Positions 1-9,431 of a stretch of DNA of 64,000 nt are shown here, piece by piece; position 1 is the stretch's first letter; each line of letters opens with the position of its first letter. The stretch covers positions 416,001 to 480,000 of the forward strand of contig JAFATB010000014.1 of the NCBI GenBank assembly GCA_019244185.1, written 5' to 3'. The notes under the pieces are model-generated. The model saw only the letters and a list, made by a program, of their open reading frames with translations, did no database searches and had not been told where the DNA came from. Position numbers and translations under genes: made by a program. This stretch comes from Acidobacteriota bacterium. GTDB lineage: Bacteria > Acidobacteriota > Thermoanaerobaculia > Gp7-AA8.

Positions 1-1
1 G

Positions 2-583
2 ATCGAGTTGCAAAAGCGGATTCCCGCGGGCGGCGGCCTGGGCGGCGGCTCGTCGAATGCGGCGGCGACGCTGGTGACGCTCTCGCGCATGTTCGGCATC
101 GATGCGGATCTTGAATCGCTCGCGCTGTCGCTCGGCTCCGACGTCCCGTTCTTCCTCGTCGGCGGCACCGCGTACGCGACCGGCCGGGGCGAAGTGCTCA
201 CGCCCGTCGCGCCGCTCGCGGACACGCCGCTGCCGCTCTTGTTGCTGCTCCCCGACGAGCGCGTTCTCACCCGCGACGCGTTCGCCCGCATCACGCGCTA
301 CTCCGAGCCGATCGGCCGCGACGACCACGCGAGCTTCGCCGACTTCACGAACGACTTCGAAGAGCCCGTCTTCGCCCTGCTCCCGCGCCTGCGCGCGTTG
401 AAGACGCGGCTGCTCGACGCGGGTGCGACGTGGGCGCAGATGAGCGGCTCGGGTTCGACGATGGTGGGCGCGTTTGCGGACGCGAACGCGCGTGATGAGG
501 CGGCGGCGCGGTTCGACGATGTGCGCGCGGTGCGTGCGGAGACGGTGGATGCGCGCGGCGTTCTCCCCGCATCTCCGCGTTGA
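2..583 (+). CDS. ispE: 4-diphosphocytidyl-2-C-methyl-D-erythritol kinase (5' end outside window)
   Basis: GHMP kinase motifs KRIPAGGGLGGGSSNAA, LGSDVPFF, NDFE and MSGSGS; frame is open at the window edge. Confidence 0.93.
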   Translation: MELQKRIPAGGGLGGGSSNAAATLVTLSRMFGIDADLESLALSLGSDVPFFLVGGTAYATGRGEVLTPVAPLADTPLPLLLLLPDERVLTRDAFARITRYSEPIGRDDHASFADFTNDFEEPVFALLPRLRALKTRLLDAGATWAQMSGSGSTMVGAFADANARDEAAARFDDVRAVRAETVDARGVLPASPR

Positions 584-586
584 CCG

Positions 587-1282
587 TCACCCGCGTGAAC
601 GCCGCACCCGTGTCGCCGTCGCGGCCCGCTTTCCCTTCGCCGGCGCCGCCGCCCGCTTCGTCGCCGCCGCCTTCTTCGCGCCGCGCCCAGTCTTCACCGC
701 CCGCAAACGTTCCAGCCGCTCCTTCACCGCCTTCTCCGCGCGGTCGAGTGCCTTCGTGTCGTTGCGGAGGTAGTACGCGAAGTTCGCTCCGAAGAAGAGC
801 GAGTTGAGCTCGAAGGCGAGTTGCGCGGGGTCGGTGCGGCGGTCGATGTGACCCTCGTCCTGCGCCATGCGCACGGCTTTCTCCAGCGCGCCGATCCAGT
901 CGTCCATGAGGCGCCGCACGCGGTCGCGCACGGGGCCGGGGCGGCCGTCCACCTCGAACGACGCCGCGGCGAAGAAGCAGCCGCCGGGGAAGACGCCGCG
1001 GCGGAGGTAGGAGAGCCAGCCCTGACAGATGGCCAGCAGGCGGGGAAAGCCGCGCGGCTCCGCGAGCGCGGGCGCGAAGATCTCGTGGATGTAGCGCTGC
1101 GACGCCGCCTCGATCGTGGCCAGCTGCAGCTCTTCCTTCGAGCCGAAGTGCGCGAAGAGGCCGCTCTTCGACATCTCCAGCTCGTCGGCGAGACGGCCGA
1201 TGGTCAGCCCTTCAAGGCCTTCGAGCGACGCGAGGTCGACGGCGCGCTCGAGGATGCTCTGCCGCGTGCGGACGCCTTTCAT
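587..1282 (-). CDS. TetR/AcrR family transcriptional regulator with a basic C-terminal tail
   Basis: HTH LTIGRLADELEMSKSGLFAHFGSKEEL and GGCFF motif; ATG at 1282 overlaps the upstream stop (ATGA). Confidence 0.92.
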   Translation of the reverse strand: MKGVRTRQSILERAVDLASLEGLEGLTIGRLADELEMSKSGLFAHFGSKEELQLATIEAASQRYIHEIFAPALAEPRGFPRLLAICQGWLSYLRRGVFPGGCFFAAASFEVDGRPGPVRDRVRRLMDDWIGALEKAVRMAQDEGHIDRRTDPAQLAFELNSLFFGANFAYYLRNDTKALDRAEKAVKERLERLRAVKTGRGAKKAAATKRAAAPAKGKRAATATRVRRSRG

Positions 1283-1689
1283 GCGTAGGCCGGCAGATCC
1301 TTGAGCAGCGCCGCGTGCGCGCGGCGGAACGCGCTGTCCCACGCGGCGGGGGAGTGCGAGGCCGGGTCGAGGTTGACCACGCACCGCTCGCCGCGCGCGT
1401 ACGGCGTGCGCCCGTCGTCGCTCGAGCAGAGAAAGCCGTACGTGCAGGTGTAGTCGCCCAACTCGTCGACCCACAGCTCGATGCGCAGCCGCTCGGCGGC
1501 GAAGACCGGATTGAGCGGTTCGAGCGTGACGCTGCCGCCTTCCGGCGCCCGTCCGTCGAGGGCGATGATGGCGTGATCGACGTGCTCGGCCAGCTGCCCC
1601 GCCTCGAGCAGCGCGTCACGAACCGGGGAGAAGAAGACGAATTTCGGATTGAGGTCGTCGATGGGGTGGCGGTCGTCGGCGAAGGTCAT
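1279..1689 (-). CDS. hot-dog fold / acyl-CoA thioesterase-like protein (degenerate N-terminus)
   Basis: C-terminal half (LRIELWVDELG..TCTYGF..YARGERCVVNLD...PAAW) resembles 4HBT thioesterases; SD AGGAGG before ATG 1689. Confidence 0.55.
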   Translation of the reverse strand: MTFADDRHPIDDLNPKFVFFSPVRDALLEAGQLAEHVDHAIIALDGRAPEGGSVTLEPLNPVFAAERLRIELWVDELGDYTCTYGFLCSSDDGRTPYARGERCVVNLDPASHSPAAWDSAFRRAHAALLKDLPAYA

Positions 1690-1720
1690 GAACGTGCCTC
1701 CTTCAAGTCGTGGCGAAAAA

Positions 1721-1739
1721 TAGCACGAACGTTCGTTTT
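1721..1739. promoter_or_regulatory. palindromic operator, probably for the adjacent TetR
   Basis: perfect 12-bp palindrome ACGAACGTTCGT (1725-1736) in the AT-richer divergent intergenic region. Confidence 0.6.
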
Positions 1740-1769
1740 CGTGCAAGCGGCCTATACTTTTTTCCTCCC

Positions 1770-2855
1770 ATGCGCCGCGCCCTCGTCCCGTTTCTCCTTG
1801 TCTTCTCGCTCGTTTCCGCGCCGCTCGCCGCACGCCAGCACGCCGTCCGCGCCTCCGCGCCGCTGGCCGTCCCCGGCATCGACGCCATCGCCCAGCACGC
1901 GCTCGACCAGGGCATCCCCGGCGTCATCATCAGCGTGAAGAAACGGAACGCGTACTTTCACAAGGCGTGGGGCTTCAGCGACACGGACGCGCACGTCGCC
2001 CGCCGCGACGACGACGTCTTCCAGGTCGGCTCCGTCACCAAACAGTTCACCGCGGCCGCGATCCTCCGCCTTGAGGAAGCGGGGAAGCTGCACGTCTTCG
2101 ATCGCATCCGCACCTGGCTCCCCGAGCTCGACGCGCGCTTCGACGCGATCACCATCGAGCAACTCCTCACGCACACTGCCGGCCTCGGCGACTACCTCGC
2201 CGACCTCGGCACGGATCTCTTCGCCACGAAGTCGGAGCGGGAGATCCTCGCGCTCATCGCCTCGAAGAACCTCCTCTTCGCCCCCGGCTCGCACTGGTCG
2301 TACAGCAACAGCGGCTACTACCTCCTCGGCGTGATCGTCGAGCGCGCCGCGAACGAGCCATACGACCAGTTCCTCCGCGACACGTTCTTCACGCCGCTCG
2401 GCCTCGACCGCACGAGCTACTGCGGCACGAACGGTCCGGTGCCGTCCGGCTACTACCTCGACGTGCCGAGCGGCGCAACGGTGCCGATGCCGAACCTCGA
2501 TGTCTCGATCCTCTACTCCGCCGGCGGCATCTGCTCGACCGCGAACGATCTCCTGCGCTGGAATCACGCGCTCGTGTCCGGAGCCGCGATCTCGACGGCG
2601 TCGTACGCGCGCATGACCACCGGCGTGCGGCCGACCGAGGAGCGCCCGCCCGGCTATGGATACGCGCTGGTCATCGACCGGCTCGACGGCCGCCGCTGGA
2701 TCTGGCACAACGGCATCGTCTTCGGCTTCCAGACGCACCTCGCCTGGTTCCCGGACGAGGACCTCACCATCGCCGTCTCGATCGACGTCGACGCGGTGCC
2801 GAGCGAGCTCGCCACACCGATCGCGATCGACGTCGCGCGGGCGATGGCGCCGTGA
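1770..2855 (+). CDS. secreted serine hydrolase, beta-lactamase class C/AmpC-like family
   Basis: signal peptide; SVTK (SxxK), LLTHTAG, YSN and HNG motifs. Confidence 0.9.
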   Translation: MRRALVPFLLVFSLVSAPLAARQHAVRASAPLAVPGIDAIAQHALDQGIPGVIISVKKRNAYFHKAWGFSDTDAHVARRDDDVFQVGSVTKQFTAAAILRLEEAGKLHVFDRIRTWLPELDARFDAITIEQLLTHTAGLGDYLADLGTDLFATKSEREILALIASKNLLFAPGSHWSYSNSGYYLLGVIVERAANEPYDQFLRDTFFTPLGLDRTSYCGTNGPVPSGYYLDVPSGATVPMPNLDVSILYSAGGICSTANDLLRWNHALVSGAAISTASYARMTTGVRPTEERPPGYGYALVIDRLDGRRWIWHNGIVFGFQTHLAWFPDEDLTIAVSIDVDAVPSELATPIAIDVARAMAP

Positions 2856-3439
2856 TGCGCGACGACGCGTTCTACGCGCTGGTGACGCGCCGCGACGGCC
2901 ACTTCGCGCTCGAGTCGGGACATCACGCGGCGCTCTGGCTCGATCTCGACGCGCTGTTCGCGCGGCCGGACGCCATCTCGCCGTTCGTCGCGCGACTCGC
3001 GGAGCAGCTCGCGCCGTACGCGCCCGACGTGATCTGTGGCCCGCTCACCGGCGGCGCGTTCCTCGCGCAGGCGCTGGCGACGTCGATGCACGCGACCTTC
3101 GCCTTCACCGAGCGCGTGCCCGCGTCCGACGGCTCCGCGCTTTACGCCACGCGCTACCAACTCCCGCGCGCCTACGCGGAGCATGTGCGCGGCAAGCGCG
3201 CGGTCATCGTCGACGACGTGATGTCCGCCGGCTCCTCGCTCGGCGCCACGCACGACGAGCTCGCGACGCTCGGGGCCGATGTCGTCGCCGCGGCGGCGCT
3301 GCTCGTCCTCGGTAGTCAAGGTCTTGACCGTTTCGCCGCGCGCCGCATCCCGGTCGAGGCGGTGCTCCGTGAGCCATACGAGTTGTGGCCGCCGAACGCG
3401 TGCCCGCTTTGCGCGCAAGGCGTCGAGCGCACGCGCTGA
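2852..3439 (+). CDS. type I phosphoribosyltransferase, orotate PRTase (PyrE)-like
   Basis: GHFALESG N-terminus, PRPP loop VIVDDVMSAGSS, C-terminal CPLC; GTGA overlap with the upstream gene. Confidence 0.75.
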   Translation: MMRDDAFYALVTRRDGHFALESGHHAALWLDLDALFARPDAISPFVARLAEQLAPYAPDVICGPLTGGAFLAQALATSMHATFAFTERVPASDGSALYATRYQLPRAYAEHVRGKRAVIVDDVMSAGSSLGATHDELATLGADVVAAAALLVLGSQGLDRFAARRIPVEAVLREPYELWPPNACPLCAQGVERTR

Positions 3440-3448
3440 GCGTCCGAC

Positions 3449-4468
3449 TCAGTTATCGCCCTCGCCATAGATCTCAACGTGGGGAACCCCATCCGCGCCG
3501 ATCCACCCGCGGTACATCCCCTCGGTGTTGAACGTCATCGCGAAATTGCCGCGGGCGTCGAGCACGATCACGCCGCCGTCGCCATCGACCGCTTTCAACT
3601 TGCGGTTGATCACCTCGTTCGCCGCGTCCTTCACCGACAGTCCTTTGTACTTCACCAGCGCCGCGATGTCGTGCGCGACCGTCCAGCGGATGAAGAACTC
3701 GCCGGTGCCGGTGGCCGACACCGCGCACGACTCGTTCTCCGCGTACGTGCCGGCGCCGATGATCGGCGAGTCGCCGACGCGGCCCCAGCGCTTGTTCGAC
3801 GTCCCGCCGGTCGACGTGCCCGCGGCGAGGTTGCCGTCGCGGTCGAGTGCCACCGCGCCGACGGTGCCGAACTTCTTGTCCGCCGGCACCGCGTACTCCG
3901 ACACCGGCTTGCCCTTCTTCTCAGCGGCCAGCTCGTCCTGCAGTTCCTTCCAGCGCCGCTCCGTCCAGAAGTACTTCGGATCGACGATCGTGAGGCCCGC
4001 GCTCTTCGCGAACGCCTCCGCGCCGCGGCCGATCAGCATCACGTGCTTGGTCTTCTCCATCACCGCACGCGCGGCGCTGATCGGATTTTTGATCGTCGTG
4101 ACGGCGGCCACCGCGCCCGCCCGCTTCGTCTTTCCCTCCATGATGGAGGCATCCAGCTCGTTCTTTCCTTCGTGCGTGAACACGGCGCCTTTGCCCGCGT
4201 TGAACAGCGGCGAGTCTTCCATGACGCGAATGGTCGCCTCGACCGCATCGAGGCTCGTGCCGCCCTTCGCGAGCACCGCGTGTCCGGTGCGCAGCGCCTC
4301 CGCGAGCGCGTCGCGGTACTGCTTCTCGACCTCGGCGGTCATGTTCTTTTTGAGGATCGTTCCCGCGCCGCCGTGGATGACGAGCATCGTGGTTCCTTTC
4401 GGCTGGTCTGCGGCGGCGAGGCTCGCGAACACGAATGTTGCAAGGAGAAAGGCCAGTCGCTTGAACAT
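3449..4468 (-). CDS. iaaA: isoaspartyl peptidase/L-asparaginase (Ntn hydrolase) with signal peptide
   Basis: IHGGAG, FNAGKG, ELDASIM, autocleavage site G-TVGAVA, TSTGG, GRVGDSP. Confidence 0.92.
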   Translation of the reverse strand: MFKRLAFLLATFVFASLAAADQPKGTTMLVIHGGAGTILKKNMTAEVEKQYRDALAEALRTGHAVLAKGGTSLDAVEATIRVMEDSPLFNAGKGAVFTHEGKNELDASIMEGKTKRAGAVAAVTTIKNPISAARAVMEKTKHVMLIGRGAEAFAKSAGLTIVDPKYFWTERRWKELQDELAAEKKGKPVSEYAVPADKKFGTVGAVALDRDGNLAAGTSTGGTSNKRWGRVGDSPIIGAGTYAENESCAVSATGTGEFFIRWTVAHDIAALVKYKGLSVKDAANEVINRKLKAVDGDGGVIVLDARGNFAMTFNTEGMYRGWIGADGVPHVEIYGEGDN

Positions 4469-7157
4469 GTTGCGTACGGTATCACTGCTCTTCGCGCTGC
4501 TGCTCGGCCCGACGCTCGCCGCGCAGGGACCGTCCGCGGACTGGCGCACGATCGAGACGCCGCACTTCCGCGTGCACTACCCGAAACCGTTCGAAGCGTG
4601 GGCGCGCGCGGCGGCGGAACGGCTCGAATCGATCCGCGACGCCGTGTCGCGGGAAGTCGGTTACGCGCCGCGGCAGGTCGTCGACGTGATCGTCACGAAT
4701 CCGGAAGCGTCGCCGAACGGCGAGGCCTGGCCGCTGCTCGACACGCCGCGCATGATCTTCTTCGCCGAGCCGCCCGGACCGGACGAACAGCTCGGCGCGT
4801 ACGGCTCGTGGATCGAGATCCTGGCCGTGCACGAGACCGCGCACATCGTGCACATGCTGCGGCCGTCGCGAAATCCGTTCGAGCGATTCCTGGAGCACGC
4901 CGCGCTGCCGGTCGATCCAATCGTGCTGCACGCGCCGCGCTGGGTGCTCGAAGGCTACGCCACCGTCGTCGAAGGACGCCTCACCGGTGCGGGACGCCCG
5001 AGCAGCACGCTGCGCGCGTTGATTCTGCGGCGCTGGGCCGAAGGAGGACGCCTGCCGTCCTACGCGCAGCTCAACTCCGACCAGCGATTCCTCGGCATGT
5101 CGATGGCGTACCTCATGGGCTCCGCGTTTCTCGAATGGCTCGAGCAGCGCGGCGGCCCCGACTCGCTGCGGCACCTCTGGGCGCGCATGACCGCGCGCGA
5201 GCGGCGCTCGTTCGACAGCGCGTTTGCCGGCGTCTTCGGCGATCGTCCCGACCGCTTGTACGGACGCTTCGTCGCGGAGCTCACGGCCTCCGCGATCGCG
5301 ATTGACCGTGCGTCGACGCTCGTCGAGGGAACGCTGTGGCAGGAGACCTCGCGCGCGACCGGCGATCCCGCCGTCTCGCCCGACGGTAAAGAGCTCGCGA
5401 TCGTCCTGCGGCCGAAGGAAGGTCCGCAGCAGCTCGTGGTGTGGTCGACGGCGGCACCGGACGAGGAAGAGGAAAAGTTTGCGAAGCGGCTGCGCACGAT
5501 CCTCGCGAGCGATCCCGAAGACGTCGCACCGGTGCGGACGAAACCGCTCCCGCGCAAAGCAGTCCATACGTTGACCATGCCGGACGGCGGCGACATCGTC
5601 TCGCCGCGCTGGACGCGCGACGGCAAGTCGCTCGTCTTCGCCCATCGCGTGCGCGATCCGCGCGGCGCGCTGCGCTTCGACCTCTATCGCTGGGACTTCG
5701 ACACGCTGACGCGGGTCACGCATCTCGCCGACGTGCGCGAGGCCGATCCGCTCGCGAACGGCACCGCCGTCGCGATCCGCAGCCGGTTCGGCGCCGTGCA
5801 ACTCGTGAACGTCGATCTCGCCACCGGCGCCGTGACGCCGCGCACGGAACCGTCGATCGACGTGATCGTCTCGCATCCGCGCGTGAGTCCCGGCGGCAAA
5901 GTCGCGTGGGTCGAACATCGCGGCGGACGCTGGACGCTCGTCGTCGACGGCGCGCCGATCGCGCTGAGCGGCGATGTCGCCTCGCCCGAATGGATCGATG
6001 ACGACGCGCTCGTCGTCACCGTGTCGAACGGCGGCTTCGCGGAACTGCATCGCGTCACGCGTGCCGGCGACGACCGCGTCCTCACGCGCGCGCGCGGCGG
6101 CGCCTTCGATCCCGCGCCTATGCCGCCGTCTGCAGGGGACGGGCGCGTCTTCTTCATGTCGCTCGATCCCGATGGCTACGTCGTGCGCGCCTTGCCTGCG
6201 ACGACGAACGCCGCGCCCGCGCCGCCCGCGTACGACGCGCTCCTCGTCCCCGCCGTGCCGCCCGCGCCGCCGCGCGTGACGTCGTTCGCAACGCGGCCGG
6301 TCTCCGCGCCGCGCGCGTACGGCATCGGGCGGCAGGAGCTCGGCTGGTTCGTCGGGCAGGACGTCGCGCCGCGGCAGCGCGCCACGCAGCTCGGCGTGCG
6401 GCTCGGCGACGTCGTCGGGCGGCTCGACACGATCGCCGTCGTCGCGCTTGGAACCAGCGATGCCGGCGACAACGACGAGCCGCGCGGCGCCGCGCTCGTC
6501 ACCGCGTGGCGCGGCTGGCCGATCGAAATCCGCGCGCACTTCTTCGAGACGAATCGTAAAGACGGCGTCGAGGTGCGCGGCATCTGGACGCGTGGCGGTC
6601 CGCGGTCGCGGCTCACGCTCGAAGGCGGCGCGCTCTCGCGCGAGTTCGCGTTCGCGAGCGCGTCGCTCGTGACGCAGCAGGTGCGCGGCCTCTTGCGGCT
6701 CGAAGAGAGCGAGCGCGTCGATGTCGATGAGAACCATGTCCGCGCGATCGCCGGCGTCGCCGTGCGCAGAGGTGCGATGCGCGTGGCCGCGCGTTACCAG
6801 CACGACAGCGGCGACCTCACCGTCGGCGGTCTCTCGTATTCCGTCTATCCGCGCTCGGTCTCCGCGCATCGCATCATCGATCCCGCGCTGACGCTGGCGA
6901 CGCTGATCGGGAACGGCTACGATGGCTGGCGGATCGAATCGACCGTGCCGCTTCTGCCGTTCACCGCGTTCTACCAGCGCCACGAGCTCGGCGCGACACG
7001 TCTCTCGCTGGCGGGACTGGAGTGGACGTTCGCCTCCGATCCGCTGCCGATTCTCAAAGTTCCCGGTCTCGACCTCACGCTCGGCGCGGCGCGCGTGCTC
7101 GACGCTCCGCTGCGCGGCCATACGAACTGGTGGATCGGCATGCGGTGGCGTCCATGA
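4467..7157 (+). CDS. secreted HExxH (peptidase MA-like) domain + TolB/PD40 propeller + probable beta-barrel protein
   Basis: signal peptide, WRTIETPHFRVHY, HETAH...EGYA zinc motif, PAVSPDG and PRWTRDG repeats, amphipathic beta C-terminus; exact start uncertain. Confidence 0.7.
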   Translation: MLRTVSLLFALLLGPTLAAQGPSADWRTIETPHFRVHYPKPFEAWARAAAERLESIRDAVSREVGYAPRQVVDVIVTNPEASPNGEAWPLLDTPRMIFFAEPPGPDEQLGAYGSWIEILAVHETAHIVHMLRPSRNPFERFLEHAALPVDPIVLHAPRWVLEGYATVVEGRLTGAGRPSSTLRALILRRWAEGGRLPSYAQLNSDQRFLGMSMAYLMGSAFLEWLEQRGGPDSLRHLWARMTARERRSFDSAFAGVFGDRPDRLYGRFVAELTASAIAIDRASTLVEGTLWQETSRATGDPAVSPDGKELAIVLRPKEGPQQLVVWSTAAPDEEEEKFAKRLRTILASDPEDVAPVRTKPLPRKAVHTLTMPDGGDIVSPRWTRDGKSLVFAHRVRDPRGALRFDLYRWDFDTLTRVTHLADVREADPLANGTAVAIRSRFGAVQLVNVDLATGAVTPRTEPSIDVIVSHPRVSPGGKVAWVEHRGGRWTLVVDGAPIALSGDVASPEWIDDDALVVTVSNGGFAELHRVTRAGDDRVLTRARGGAFDPAPMPPSAGDGRVFFMSLDPDGYVVRALPATTNAAPAPPAYDALLVPAVPPAPPRVTSFATRPVSAPRAYGIGRQELGWFVGQDVAPRQRATQLGVRLGDVVGRLDTIAVVALGTSDAGDNDEPRGAALVTAWRGWPIEIRAHFFETNRKDGVEVRGIWTRGGPRSRLTLEGGALSREFAFASASLVTQQVRGLLRLEESERVDVDENHVRAIAGVAVRRGAMRVAARYQHDSGDLTVGGLSYSVYPRSVSAHRIIDPALTLATLIGNGYDGWRIESTVPLLPFTAFYQRHELGATRLSLAGLEWTFASDPLPILKVPGLDLTLGAARVLDAPLRGHTNWWIGMRWRP

Positions 7158-8092
7158 TCCATTTCCACAACGGCGACATCGTGATGGCGCTCGCGAAGCG
7201 CAGCGGCATCGACGGCGAGCACATCTCGTTTCGCGAGTCGCTCGTCACGGGGCGCGTCGTTCCCGATGACGCGTGGATCGAGACCCGCGCGCGCACGCTC
7301 GCCGAGGCGCATGAGATCGATTTGCTGCGCGTGCGGACGGAACTGCTCGAACAGGAGCAGGTGCTCGACGCCGCGGCGGGGAAAGGGGAAGAGATCGTGT
7401 TGTGGTTCGAGCACGACCTCTTCTGCCTCGTGCATCTCGTCTATCTGCTCAACCGGCTGCGCGGCGCGCGGCTGTCGCTGGTGTGGTGTCCGGAGCCGCT
7501 CGCGCACAACGAGCCGCGCGAGCTGCATCTGCTCTTCGACTCGCGCGCGGCGGTGACGCCGATGATGAGCAAGCTCGCCGCCGACGTCTGGCGCGCGTAC
7601 ACGTCCGCCGATCCGCTCGCGCTCAACGCGTTTCTCGAGCGCGACATGCCCGACTTCCCCTTCCTGCGCGACGGACTCACGCTGCACGCCTCGCGCTTTC
7701 CGTCGACGGCGAACGGCCTCGGCGAGATCGAGCGCCGCGCGTTGACGCTGTTGACGACCGGCGCGATCGATTTCGCGACGCTCTTCCCGCAGATCGATCC
7801 GGCGCCGCCGCGCTTCGGCTTCGGCGACGGCGAGGTGCTGCGTCAGCTGCGCGCGATCGCGTGGTGCGCGGTGCCGCTGGTGACGATCGTCGAATCCGCC
7901 GACGCTCAGCCGCCGAAGGCGCTGCTCACGATCACGCCCGCCGGCGAGAACGTCGTGCGCGGCGCCGTCGACGCGCTCGCGGTCAACGATCCCGACGTCT
8001 GGTTCGGCGGTACGCATCTGACGAAGGAGAACCTCTGGCGATGGGACGCGAACGCGCGCCGGATCGTGGCGAGCCCCTCTGCCGCCTCGTGA
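7154..8092 (+). CDS. DUF1835-like protein
   Basis: IHFHNGD start, EIVLWFEHDL, RFPS...GLGEIE and GFGD motifs typical of this family; ATGA coupling. Confidence 0.7.
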   Translation: MIHFHNGDIVMALAKRSGIDGEHISFRESLVTGRVVPDDAWIETRARTLAEAHEIDLLRVRTELLEQEQVLDAAAGKGEEIVLWFEHDLFCLVHLVYLLNRLRGARLSLVWCPEPLAHNEPRELHLLFDSRAAVTPMMSKLAADVWRAYTSADPLALNAFLERDMPDFPFLRDGLTLHASRFPSTANGLGEIERRALTLLTTGAIDFATLFPQIDPAPPRFGFGDGEVLRQLRAIAWCAVPLVTIVESADAQPPKALLTITPAGENVVRGAVDALAVNDPDVWFGGTHLTKENLWRWDANARRIVASPSAAS

Positions 8093-8979
8093 GGTTCGAG
8101 GCGACGGACGGCGTCGAGCTGGCCGCCCTCCTCTTCGAACCGAAACGCGCCACGACGCGCGCCGCGATCTTCCTGCACGGCACCGGCGGCTCGTCGGTCT
8201 TCGAGTCGAAGCGCACGAACGTCCTCGCGCGGGAGCTTCTCGACGCCGGCATCGCGTACTTTCCGTTCAACAACCGCGGCGCGCTGGTCATCCGCCGGCT
8301 GCGCAACGCGAAGAAGAAGAAAAGCCTAGCCGGCGGCGCCGCGCACGAACGCATCCGCGAATGCGTCTTCGACATCGACGGCGCGATCCGCGAGCTGCGC
8401 CGCCGCGGTTACCGCGACATCACGCTGATCGGCCACTCCACCGGCGCGAACAAGATCGCCGTCTACGATCACTACAAGCCGCGCAACCCGATCAAACGCT
8501 ACGTCCTCCTCGGCGGCGGCGACGACACCGGCATGCTCTACGCGCCGCTCGGCCCGCGGCGTTTCGCGAACGCGCTCGAGAAAGCGCGCGCGATGATCCG
8601 CGCGCGCCGCGGCGAGGAGTTCGTGCCGCGCGCGCTCTCGCCGATGCTCCTCAGCTGGCAGTCGTTCCACGACATGGCCAACCCCGACGGCGACTACAAC
8701 GTCTTTCCGTTTCTCGAGGCGATGCAGAACGTGCGGCTCGGACACAAACCGCGCTTCCGCTATCTGCGCGGCATCCGCAAGCCGGCGCTCGTGCTCTACG
8801 GCGAGCACGACGAGTACGCGTACGGCGACGTCGTGCGCTGCGTCGCGATTCTCGCGGACATCACGAGCGCGCAGCCGAACGTCGAGCTGGGCATCATCGC
8901 GGACGCGGACCACGGCTTCGGCGGCAAGGAAGCCGAGCTCGCGGACGCGATCGTCAATTGGTGGACTGCTTCGCTCTGA
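8041..8979 (+). CDS. alpha/beta hydrolase (DUF1749-like); alternative GTG start at 8089
   Basis: LHG oxyanion motif, GHSTG nucleophile elbow, GEHDE, ADHGF. Confidence 0.85.
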   Translation: MGRERAPDRGEPLCRLVRFEATDGVELAALLFEPKRATTRAAIFLHGTGGSSVFESKRTNVLARELLDAGIAYFPFNNRGALVIRRLRNAKKKKSLAGGAAHERIRECVFDIDGAIRELRRRGYRDITLIGHSTGANKIAVYDHYKPRNPIKRYVLLGGGDDTGMLYAPLGPRRFANALEKARAMIRARRGEEFVPRALSPMLLSWQSFHDMANPDGDYNVFPFLEAMQNVRLGHKPRFRYLRGIRKPALVLYGEHDEYAYGDVVRCVAILADITSAQPNVELGIIADADHGFGGKEAELADAIVNWWTASL

Positions 8980-9424
8980 TCATCGCCACGACCGACTTCG
9001 CGAGGTCGTTCGGGATGGGGATGGTCAGGTTGTACTGCGCGACCTTCCACGCGCCGCGGATGCGCCGCGCGACGCCGGTGCCGCGGCAGTCGCCGTAGCT
9101 CGCGCTGTCGAGCTTCTCGTCGAACCACGCCACGTCGCCGACGATCGTGACGTGGCGGTCGTGCGGCGTGAACGTCCACGCGGTGCCCTTCGCAAAGTAC
9201 GGATGCGCGAACGCGCGGAACGCCTCGCGGTTCCAGCGCTCGGAAGCGTCGGTGCCGAGGAAGACGAAGTCGGGCGACATAACTTCGAAGTAATGCGCCT
9301 CGTCCGCGACGGCGGCGGCGTGGTGCCAGTCGTCGAGCATGCGGTTGATCGGCGCACCCGGATCGGCGGCGAACGCGGAGGAGGCGAGGGTGACGAGGAC
9401 GAGCGCGGCGGCGACGGTTCGCAT
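8954..9424 (-). CDS. secreted SnoaL/NTF2-like protein
   Basis: signal peptide; LDDWH.AA, FLGTDASERW, VAWFDEKL, WKVAQYNL. Confidence 0.85.
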   Translation of the reverse strand: MRTVAAALVLVTLASSAFAADPGAPINRMLDDWHHAAAVADEAHYFEVMSPDFVFLGTDASERWNREAFRAFAHPYFAKGTAWTFTPHDRHVTIVGDVAWFDEKLDSASYGDCRGTGVARRIRGAWKVAQYNLTIPIPNDLAKSVVAMIRAKQSTN

Positions 9425-9431
9425 CCGCCGA

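Noticed and set aside
3525-4466. N-terminal 314 codons of the 1210-aa plus-strand ORF
   Set aside because: Antisense to iaaA; the real protein begins at the signal peptide near 4467
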